A stretch of DNA of 64,000 nucleotides from a virus. The translations under genes were made by a program, and so were the position numbers. A model generated the notes under the pieces. That model made no database searches. It saw only the letters and a program-made list of their open reading frames with translations, and was not told the origin of the DNA. The stretch is taken from positions 21,920-85,919 of IMG/VR virus record IMGVR_UViG_3300048837_000614, one strand, 5' to 3'. Shown in pieces: positions 50,023 through 58,500 of the stretch; within the stretch, counting starts at the first letter, position 1, and every line of letters starts with the position of its first letter.

Positions 50023-50231
50023 GGTTATCGTGCCGAAATATATTTTTTTTCTTTTGTGCTAATATGGTTTTTTCTTTTGCGTTAATATATGCCATATAAC
50101 CTATGACAAGTAAAATAATTATAAACGCTAATATTCTCATTCCCTTTTCCTCTCTTTCATCACTAACTTCACAATACCCCACATCAGAAGTGGGCTTAAT
50201 ACGATAAGCAATATGCCTACGATGATTAGCC

Positions 50232-50858
50232 TTACTTCACCCATACGCTCATCATGTTTTGTGGAGGGCGTTTTAATTTTGGGTATAAATTACAATCTTT
50301 AAAATGTTGTTCATGCAATAACCAATATTCACAAGAAACGTCATTCTTGAAGTTATACATATCCCCCAACTTCATCACCTCATCCAATATCTCAACCTTC
50401 GAGATGTGGAGGGCGTAGAGGTCTTTGCCGTTGCCGTAGTCCATAAATTGTTGATGTGATAATTGACAGTTTTTTAAGAATGTAGTCATGTTTCCTAATT
50501 GCATATTGCCGTATGTGTAATCGAAGTTATTACGTGACATTTTAATATACCCATCTATCACCACTTTGACGGGGATTGTGCCGTTGATGAGATTGCTCCC
50601 CATAACCTTTTGATAATCGCTATCGTAATATGTAACATTGTCTTTATCGTCACATAATACATATTCTTTATTCCCAAAATTATAATACAAGTACGGCTTT
50701 CCTTTCGTGCAATATAAATACGCCTCGACAGTTTCGCCACGATCTAATTTATCTAACACGTCTTTATTTACTTTTTTCACCACGAGATATTTAGCAAGTT
50801 CGTTTAAGATATTTACCATGCGTGATGAGGATTGGGAGATTAAGAGGGATTTAGTCAT
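50232..50858 (-). CDS. Hypothetical phage protein (ASCH-like family possible)
   Basis: YLYCTK, LYALHIS and LKRPPQ motifs. Confidence 0.55.
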   Translation of the reverse strand: MTKSLLISQSSSRMVNILNELAKYLVVKKVNKDVLDKLDRGETVEAYLYCTKGKPYLYYNFGNKEYVLCDDKDNVTYYDSDYQKVMGSNLINGTIPVKVVIDGYIKMSRNNFDYTYGNMQLGNMTTFLKNCQLSHQQFMDYGNGKDLYALHISKVEILDEVMKLGDMYNFKNDVSCEYWLLHEQHFKDCNLYPKLKRPPQNMMSVWVK

Positions 50859-51184
50859 ATCTTTTTTCCTCCATGTTTATATGGTCTTGACTTGTTAAAT
50901 TCATGCTTTTCTAATATGGCTTTTTCTAAGTCAATGCCATAACGTTCGCACATATCCATTACTCTGATAACAACATCAGCAAGTTCACTTGGAACTCCAC
51001 AAGGCTTGCCGTTTGGTTCGTAGTGATTTTCATTCAAAGGTAATCCGTTTCGGTAATCCTCAAGTGCTTCACTTACTTCACTATGAACAAGTGCCAATAA
51101 TTCACCAAATGGTCTTTCTTCATCCCACCATCCATGAGCCTTTGCGTTATCATGGACATCTTTTTGTAACAATTTTATGTCCAT
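50855..51184 (-). CDS. MazG-like NTP pyrophosphohydrolase
   Basis: HSEVSEALE, SELADVVIR, KHEFNKSR. Confidence 0.85.
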   Translation of the reverse strand: MDIKLLQKDVHDNAKAHGWWDEERPFGELLALVHSEVSEALEDYRNGLPLNENHYEPNGKPCGVPSELADVVIRVMDMCERYGIDLEKAILEKHEFNKSRPYKHGGKKI

Positions 51185-51426
51185 TATTTAACCTCTTCGT
51201 AAGTCTTTTCAAATATGTCTGGCTTGCATGGATAGAACTCACCATTAACACCTTTGATGACATAATCGTCAATACTTACTTTCATTTCACCTTCAAGCGT
51301 GTGGATAGCAACAATTCCGTTACTGTATAAAAGTAAATCACGTCCAACAAAAGATTTCAATTCAACTTGATTGTTTCCATTAAATTGAATGGCTTCAATC
51401 ACTACTGGTTTCTTACGATATTTCAT
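51184..51426 (-). CDS. Conserved phage protein (PGDYG-like)
   Basis: [15 protein letters not shown]...TLEG...[16 protein letters not shown]; start after AAGGAG. Confidence 0.75.
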   Translation of the reverse strand: MKYRKKPVVIEAIQFNGNNQVELKSFVGRDLLLYSNGIVAIHTLEGEMKVSIDDYVIKGVNGEFYPCKPDIFEKTYEEVK

Positions 51427-51433
51427 CTTTCTT

Positions 51434-51814
51434 CTACTCCTTCCCTTCCATTTCTTCCAAATATTGCGTGAGGATACGGGAGAGTTCATGACTAACCCAT
51501 GACACATCAGAAACGCCTTTATCACCGTTATATAACGTGTATGTGGTGAACTCTCTATTTTCAACATCAATAAGTATTACTTCATAATTTTTTGCATACT
51601 GTTTGTATCTTCCACTCTCAACATCACTTTTAACAACGGTATCGTGTATCTTTTCTTCATACCCCATCTCAATCAACTTTTCGTGTGCCGTGCGGTAGGG
51701 TTTGATGTCTTTTAATGGAAACATCTTTCCGTTTACCTTGACACCACTTTCATATACCTTTTCAACTATTCCTGTAAATTGTGGCGTTTCCACCTTATCG
51801 CCTATCTTATACAT
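51434..51814 (-). CDS. Hypothetical protein
   Basis: MYKIGDKVE start; packed operon. Confidence 0.6.
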   Translation of the reverse strand: MYKIGDKVETPQFTGIVEKVYESGVKVNGKMFPLKDIKPYRTAHEKLIEMGYEEKIHDTVVKSDVESGRYKQYAKNYEVILIDVENREFTTYTLYNGDKGVSDVSWVSHELSRILTQYLEEMEGKE

Positions 51815-52046
51815 ATCTACTTACCGCCCATAAAAGCAATGTGTAAAATACTGAAACAGCAATTATTACTAAAACAGTTAACATATCTTTATTATGATTT
51901 TTCATTTTATTAGTGTATAATTTTAATTCACTAATATCAACAAGTCTACTTCCTCGTTCATTTATGATTTGCACTAAATCTTCATCAATACCTTTGATAA
52001 CATACATCTCGTTATCAAGTTCCACCTTATCGCCTATCTTATACAT
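51807..52046 (-). CDS. Small protein with a C-terminal transmembrane helix
   Basis: MYKIGDKVE start; hydrophobic C-terminus. Confidence 0.6.
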   Translation of the reverse strand: MYKIGDKVELDNEMYVIKGIDEDLVQIINERGSRLVDISELKLYTNKMKNHNKDMLTVLVIIAVSVFYTLLLWAVSRYV

Positions 52047-52233
52047 CTTTCTTACCTACTTTCTCAATCTTTGTTCCATCATCTAATGTGATTGATACGA
52101 ATGATTGTGTTTTTTTGTCAGCGATCTTGTTAGCGTGTCTTTGCACACTATCTTCTAAATTGACAAGTAGTTTCTTATAATCTTTTTCGGTTAGTAACAC
52201 TTCAACTATCACTACCATTTTAACTTTTTTCAT
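52039..52233 (-). CDS. Hypothetical protein
   Basis: ATGA coupling. Confidence 0.55.
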   Translation of the reverse strand: MKKVKMVVIVEVLLTEKDYKKLLVNLEDSVQRHANKIADKKTQSFVSITLDDGTKIEKVGKKDV

Positions 52234-52517
52234 TCTTCCTTACCTACTTTCTCTAATCGTTCCTCTAATTCCCAAAACTCTGTAATGTCTTTGACGGATG
52301 GTAGTATTGTTTTCAATTTATTTCGTGTTTCAAAATATCTTTTTACATCACGCTTTAATTCTTCAAGTTCGGTGAGGGATTGTCTTAATTCGTAAAATCT
52401 TTCATCTTTAAAAGAAAACACACGTTCATGTTTGTATGAAGTTCTTCCGTCCATATCAATAAAATTAAAGCCGAACTCGGTATCTTGTATCTCTTTCAAT
52501 ATTTCTTTAGGTGTCAT
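52230..52517 (-). CDS. Hypothetical protein
   Basis: MTPKE...LTELEELKR shared with the neighbouring ORF. Confidence 0.6.
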   Translation of the reverse strand: MTPKEILKEIQDTEFGFNFIDMDGRTSYKHERVFSFKDERFYELRQSLTELEELKRDVKRYFETRNKLKTILPSVKDITEFWELEERLEKVGKEE

Positions 52518-52882
52518 TTCTTCTCAACCCCCTCGTAAAATCGTCCGATGAGTGTGATGAGGTGAGGGGGTAACTTATCTCCGCCAAAGTCTATTACACC
52601 ATCTTTAAAACACGCATACCAAGACAATTCACTTTCAAATGTCATATCTCGCTTTGAATATTCAACTTCATAATGATAATACTCACTCAACGCCTCGCAC
52701 ACTTCATCGGCAGTTGGGTAACGCTTGAGTTCTTCAAGTTCGGTGAGGGCTTGTTCAACAATATCAATTTCAGTATCATATTGAAGATATTCAAAATGTT
52801 TTTCTACACTTACACCAGTTTTTAAATGTAAATGTTCTGCGATTGCTTGCTTAATGCCTTTCAACGCTTCTTTAGGTGTCAT
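52514..52882 (-). CDS. Hypothetical protein
   Basis: GGAGG RBS; MTPKE...LTELEELKR. Confidence 0.6.
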   Translation of the reverse strand: MTPKEALKGIKQAIAEHLHLKTGVSVEKHFEYLQYDTEIDIVEQALTELEELKRYPTADEVCEALSEYYHYEVEYSKRDMTFESELSWYACFKDGVIDFGGDKLPPHLITLIGRFYEGVEKK

Positions 52883-53265
52883 ATCAGTTCCTCCAATTCT
52901 TTTTCTAAATCATCAACTTGTTCATCCATAGTTTTCTTTATACACAATTCTTTTTCTAATGTACTTATTTCTAATGCAATTTTCCATATTTGTGCTTCTG
53001 CAATCATTTTTTCTTTAGGTGTCAATGTACCATGTTTTGTCGTCCACCCCCATTCAAGCATAAATCTATATAACATGCTTTTCTTAATCAACCCCAATAA
53101 CTCCTCAACCTTTTTAGCACGTTTTTCTTTCTTTTCTTGTTCGGTGATGTAAATATGTAAGTCATCAATTTGTGATGGTGTAATGGCATCAGTTGGAACT
53201 AACTCATTTAGTAAGTTTCTTGCCTCTTCATGCGTAATTACTTTCACTTCTTCTTCATAGTTCAT
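52879..53265 (-). CDS. Hypothetical protein
   Basis: GGGGT RBS. Confidence 0.6.
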   Translation of the reverse strand: MNYEEEVKVITHEEARNLLNELVPTDAITPSQIDDLHIYITEQEKKEKRAKKVEELLGLIKKSMLYRFMLEWGWTTKHGTLTPKEKMIAEAQIWKIALEISTLEKELCIKKTMDEQVDDLEKELEELI

Positions 53266-53269
53266 ACTA

Positions 53270-53494
53270 TTATACCCCTATAATTTCACGATACTTAAAA
53301 CCCTTTGTAGGTTGATAAGTAACTTCATAACTCTTTCTAGTCTTATGCGAATAGACTCTGACAATTGGATTTGTAATCTTTCCAGCAATGAAATCATTTT
53401 TTAAATAAGACCACTTTGTGTAGAACGATGCTGTCTTATCTTGGTGGTGTGCAACTACTCTTTCATCATTTTTAATTAGATCTTCTCGTTTCAT
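53270..53494 (-). CDS. Hypothetical protein
   Basis: AAGGAG RBS; first gene after the non-coding locus. Confidence 0.65.
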   Translation of the reverse strand: MKREDLIKNDERVVAHHQDKTASFYTKWSYLKNDFIAGKITNPIVRVYSHKTRKSYEVTYQPTKGFKYREIIGV

Positions 53495-53525
53495 TTTTAT
53501 TCTCCTTTATTTTATATTATATATT

Positions 53526-53558
53526 AAAAAAAAATCACACTTTATTCAAATGTGATTT
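53526..53558 (-). terminator. Rho-independent terminator ending the non-coding locus
   Basis: Minus strand AAATCACA-TTTGAATAAAG-TGTGATTT followed by a T-run. Confidence 0.7.
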
Positions 53559-54004
53559 CTAATAAGTCAAGTTGGTGCCTACGTTCGATAAAGTCTACTT
53601 GATAGGCACGTCTTGTTCGGTCACCTATGATGCCTTCACGGGGGGGATGTAATAGCATCACTAAATGGTGGTATTGAGTGGAATAGGTAATCACCACTCG
53701 ATGGGAAGATAATTTTCCTTTGATCCCTTTAAACTTTTGTACTAACCTCTTTGATTAAAGTTTAATCTCAAAGAGTTTTCTTCGGCTTCCTATGTTTATC
53801 GATTACTTGGACCTACTATGTGTGGACACGATGCGACACACTCCTGGGCAATCTCCTGGTTAATAACTTAGATCACATACACAGAATTTTATCGTGATTA
53901 CCGAATACTTATGATATGGTTGTGGCCGTTGAACATATCTACTTCCAAAGAAGCTAGTGCTGTTCCATTTACCTACAGCTATTCTATAGGCACCAGAGAT
54001 TTAG

Positions 54005-54039
54005 AAAAAAGCCCAAGAGATAAGAGAATCTTAGGCTTT
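54005..54039 (-). terminator. Terminator-like hairpin inside the non-coding locus
   Basis: Minus strand AAAGCCTAAGA...TCTTGGGC followed by T6. Confidence 0.6.
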
Positions 54040-54790
54040 ATTAAGGATATAGCTTACGATTTTGAGAACGGAAACCGCAAGCTAATGATAGGCTGTGCTC
54101 TTTTGAATTGACACATTGAACTTAGTCACCCTTTATGTTTTGATCGAAGGGAAAAGCACCTATGCATTGAATCTGATAAAAAGAGATTCTCGGAAAGGCA
54201 AGAATAGGCGGTTAAAGCTGAACGATAACTTTAACAAACCTTTAGTCCTATCGTTTTTTAATTTGTTTCGGACGTTATTAGAATTCCTATTCTTTTAAGT
54301 AATTTACTACCTTTCCGACAATGTCTTTTTATTGATGATAAAAGCAAGCTGTTAGTTGACCTGAAACTCATTTAACTTCTTAAGGCTGCAACAGAGAAGC
54401 ACTCGCTAATTCATCACATTAAGTCAAGAGAATACTTCGGTCTGCCTAACGACTTATTATTCTAACCTTGAGCTGGCACTTCAAGGGAAGCCGGTTTCAT
54501 ATTCTCATTGACTTAATCTGATGAATCAAAATACTTATCACATCATCAACGTTTGAGGAGAACTCTGTTCCTCGTAAGATGTTTACTTCTATCTTAACAG
54601 AATAGTGTGCTGACATTTACACCAGTCTTACCTTTGATGATCTGATAAATATTCTTATACGACAAATCTGGCACGCCAAAAATGTCTTAGAAGATATAAG
54701 GTATATATATTTATATATATATACCGTTATCTCTTATTAAAAATAAAAAAATACTTACAGTATTTTATTTATTTTTCTAGTATACAACCT

Positions 54791-54831
54791 CTTTTGAAGG
54801 CTTCTTTTGCTGTCGCAAGAAGCCTCAAAAG
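54791..54831. other. Strong hairpin upstream of the ncRNA locus
   Basis: CTTTTGA-AGGCTTCTT...AAGAAGCC-TCAAAAG. Confidence 0.5.
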
Positions 54832-54921
54832 TTAGTCGTTTTCAAAAGATTTTACGGTTCAATTTGTTTTTTACGCACATGACGTATACAGTTTTTTAAT
54901 ATTCAATTTTTAGTGTGAAAC

Positions 54922-54949
54922 AAAAAAGAAAAGGGTGTTACGCCTTTTC
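54922..54949 (-). terminator. Terminator overlapping the stop of the 77-aa ORF
   Basis: Minus strand GAAAAGGCG-TAA-CACCCTTTTC-TTTTTT. Confidence 0.6.
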
Positions 54950-55171
54950 AACTTCAAGGATGGTTGTGTATGTTCCACGCGTTTCAATGAGGATCACTGA
55001 ACCTGGTTTGACGGATGCTGACATCTCATCTTTCGCAACGATAACACTCTCATTGTTAGCATTTACTAACGTAAGGTATTCGTTGTCATTGATTGAACGT
55101 GGGACAACTCTCTTCACTGTGAATGTGAAAACTTTTCCCATTGCGGGATTTGCACTGACTGCTTGTGCCAT
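54938..55171 (-). CDS. Small beta-rich protein, possible OB/S1-like nucleic-acid-binding fold
   Basis: AAGGAG RBS, own leader hairpin and terminator; FTFTVKRV, YLTLV, SVIV, VKPGSVILIE strand pattern. Confidence 0.6.
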   Translation of the reverse strand: MAQAVSANPAMGKVFTFTVKRVVPRSINDNEYLTLVNANNESVIVAKDEMSASVKPGSVILIETRGTYTTILEVEKA

Positions 55172-55217
55172 GATATATCTCCTTCTAGTGATGATACATG
55201 ATTTTTTCTTTCATCAC

Positions 55218-55258
55218 TTACAATGCACGGCGACACGCGAACTTTGCGTGGTGCGTGC
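55218..55258 (-). promoter_or_regulatory. GC-rich hairpin element, copy 2 (candidate phage RNAP promoter)
   Basis: Plus strand TTACAAT-GCACG-G-CGACACGCGA...TTGCGTGGTG-CGTGC. Confidence 0.5.
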
Positions 55259-55288
55259 GGGCGGGACGTGGACTTCATTTTTTTTGTA

Positions 55289-55354
55289 AACGCTCTCACA
55301 ATGGGGGACGCGTGGTGGGGGAGGGCTAGCACACATAATATATAACGCTCTCAC
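55289..55354. repeat. 11-bp direct repeat AACGCTCTCAC (55289-55299, 55344-55354)
   Basis: Exact repeat in an intergenic region. Confidence 0.7.
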
Positions 55355-55471
55355 CTCATAGAAACAAAAACAAGCAACACAAAGGGCGTGAACATTCACT
55401 ACACACCAAGAAAGAAGAAAAAAGAATGAAATGAAAAAGAAAAAGGGGGTCGGGTATGGGTTGTTGGGGTT

Positions 55472-55497
55472 AAAGGGGAGCCAGAAAAGAACTCCCC
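55472..55497 (-). terminator. Hairpin terminator after the RNAP gene
   Basis: Minus strand GGGGAGTT-CTTTTCT-GGCTCCCC-TTT. Confidence 0.5.
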
Positions 55498-55520
55498 GAA
55501 TAAACTCCTAACAGATTTTA

Positions 55521-58500
55521 TTACTTAATGATATAGAACTTCGATACTGCGTCAAACTCTTTCATATCTTCTTCAGTGAATGAAAGTATTTGCTTAAATG
55601 TGTTACCGTTTGGATTGATAACATCGATGAGATTATTTACAGCACTCTTTGGATCTGATGTATTGAACCAACCAGCATTTGAATAGTCGAACTTGAGAGC
55701 TGTGTAGTTCATCTTTTCTTCAGCAAAACGAGATAGATCCTTTTTAGCATATAAGAACGCTTGATAGTCATAAGGCATCTTTTCAGCGTTGAGCTTAGTG
55801 TCAGTGCTTCCTTTGAACTTATAACCTTGGATCGTTTCACCGTTGATGTTGAATAGATGTTTCTCGATGATTTGAGATTTGATACCAAATTCTCTTGTGA
55901 TAGCGAATGTTCTGTATGTTGGATAGAATCCCCATTCGATGAATGCAGCAACTGCTTCAGACATACGATACACGAGTAGAACTGTCTTAACAACTTCTTG
56001 TAGGTTATCGGACCATTTTTGGATGTCGATGGTAGGTTGAACAAGTTTGTAGTTCATTTCGTCTGCCATGAGTCTAAGTCTATCTTTGGTTGCTTGATCT
56101 GTGATGTTAAATCTATTCATGAAGTCTTCGATAAAGAATGTTGCTTTCATCGTAATCGTTTTGGCTACACCAATAAGTTGTTTAGAGATTCTTGTTGTCA
56201 TTAAGTTTGATGAAGCTTTGATGAGTACTTCGCGTTTTGTTTGAACAGTCTTTGAGAGTGTGAGTAGTTCTTGAGCGTATGACTTGTTCTTCTTAACTTC
56301 ACCTATCCATAGAATGAGAGAGTCTAAGTCTGTGTATGGATATTTGTTAGGTAATGTGTGTAGATCAGTTGTATCAAAGATGTTTTGAGGTTTACCTAAT
56401 AAGATGTCTCTTGCGTTGAACTCGAAGCCGTATGATGTGATGTTTCTTTGTTCGTAGCCAAATAGAGTGTGTAGTTCTTTCTTGAATCTGTATGGGAAGA
56501 ATAAGAATATAACTTGGTCTCCATCAAAGTCTCCACCTTGACGTTGCCAAATGATTGGATTAACTTCAGAGTAACCGTGCTTAGCGTATTCGCTTGCTTT
56601 GTGTACGGTAACCATTGTGAAGATCGTATTAGCATCATCGACTGATGGATTACGTAATTGTAGAGCAGGTGGCAATAGTACTGGAACATTGTTTTTATAA
56701 GCACCAAAAGCTTTATCAATGTCATAGTTTCTATCAATACGCTTGATATTAACTAAGAAGGCAGTAAATTCTAACTCTGTGAGATAGATTCTAGCTTGAC
56801 CTGGTTCTAAGCTGACGTTGGCTGTAACTGTTGATGTGAACCCTGTAACTTCTTTTTGGAAGCGTTGTGTAATCTTTCCATACTTGCCATAGAGTTTACC
56901 TTCGGCTGTTGATTCTAACTTGTTAAGATCCTTGTTGATTTTATCTTCGTTACCTAATAGATGTTCTACAATTCGATAAGCACCCATGAGTCTTGCACGT
57001 GAGAACCACTCTAAACCTAACTTGTAAGATTTGAATTCTGTTTTACTATCTTGTTCAGTAGAATCATCGATGTCAGTATCTTCTAAATCATCGTTCTTGT
57101 ATGATGAGTCGATATCTCTAACTAGGAATGATTGCATGAGGACCACAGGATGTTTGCCTAATGATTCTTCGCCATTGAATATTTCTACTAAGTCCATGAG
57201 TTCTTCTGACTGTAGAGGTTTGTTATAGAAGTCTCTAACTTCTTGTGTTGTATTACCATTGAAAAATTTCTTGGCATTGTATAAGCCTTCGAAGAGAACA
57301 CCAAAGTTCTTTCTACTTGCTACATTTATCAATGATGCAACGTTGATTGGATATTTAATACCATTAACTACACAGTATAGATCATCCATTGTTACACGTG
57401 AAACACCTTTATCAAATCCTTGGAAAGCAATCTTAACACCTTCAAATAGATTTAACTTGTCAGCATAATGTTTGTGAATGAGTCTTTGCCCATCGTAAGT
57501 TGATAAGCCATTAGCGTCTACATAATCTATCATTGCATATAACATGTTGTAAGATGGAATGTACTTAACTAACTTAGAAGTGATTGTCAAAGGTTTGTCT
57601 GGTTTAACTGTTTCGAATGCGTGACCGATGATATAAGCTGAACCTGCATTTCTAAATGATTGATGATTGTGCATGTTGAATGGATTGATTTCGATCAATG
57701 ATTTCTTCTCTTCAAGGTATGCGACTGCAAAGTCTGCTTTGTTGTTCATATAACCTGGGTCGAACAGATCTAATCTACTATTATTAAGTGGGAAGTTACG
57801 ATGTTTGTCGTATCCTTTACCACCTAAGTTGTTAAGAATTTCAGCACCGTTAAACTTACCTGGATCAAGATATTCTTTGAAGTAGAACTTGTGATGTTCA
57901 ACGATAGTCTCAAATGGTGATGATTGTGATTCTACATTACCAATGATAATGAATGGTGCAAAGTAATAGATATTAGCCATGAGTCTTTCTTTTACTTCTT
58001 CGTATTCTCTACCAAGCATATGTACTTCAGTTAATATTTGTTCATGAGTAGGCATAATCTTACGCTTAGCGAACATGAGTCCGTTCAATGCTGCTTGAAG
58101 TGAACGTCTAAGGATCTCTTTGTTATCTTGTGATATCTTGTAAGCTTTAGTGAATGTTAATGTACCTTCAATGATTGAACGAACAAGTCCACGTAACGCA
58201 TTAGTTGATTTGCCATCTGCATAGTCCTCATAGATTTTATTCATGATAAATTTGTTATGACCTAATGTGTAAACACCTTTAATCATTGTAGGAACATAGA
58301 CGATGAATTCAGCATCTCCACGTTGACCCTTGAGTGTAATCTTAATAGCTTGTAATACATTGCCATAAGTGTTGGTAAACTTTCTACCTAACGATACACT
58401 GATACCTGCTTTGCTATCTACTAATCCATAAATAATTTGTGATAAGCTCTTTTGGTTCTTTGCGAACTCTTCAAGTTTCTTGTTGACAAATGGGAATGGT

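Larger units (their letters stand above)
53526..54690 (-). ncRNA. Putative large structured non-coding RNA(s), family not recognised
   Basis: About 1.2 kb with no credible ORF in a densely coding genome; more than 15 inverted repeats including nested long-range stems; A.C mismatches on plus read as G.U on minus; terminators at ~54005 and ~53526. Confidence 0.65.

Noticed and set aside
53573-53995. tmRNA or tRNA-like reading of the stem ending in ...GGCACCA
   Set aside because: No T-arm GTTCRA stem-loop or G3.U alanine acceptor; the CCA is part of the paired stem.
53911-54298. Plus-strand ORFs 53911-54111 and 54116-54298
   Set aside because: Short, no RBS, opposite to local transcription, and inside the base-paired region.
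54518-54545. Hammerhead core CTGATGA or box C/D motif
   Set aside because: It is on the strand disfavoured by the G.U pattern, and no GAAA/stem II arrangement follows.
53526-54900. Group I/II intron or CRISPR array
   Set aside because: No domain V, no P7 core and no interrupted gene; no regularly spaced identical repeats.
54915-55399. ORFs 54915-55289 (+), 55114-55332 (-) and 55214-55399 (-)
   Set aside because: They overlap the better-supported 77-aa gene and regulatory hairpins, and lack an RBS.
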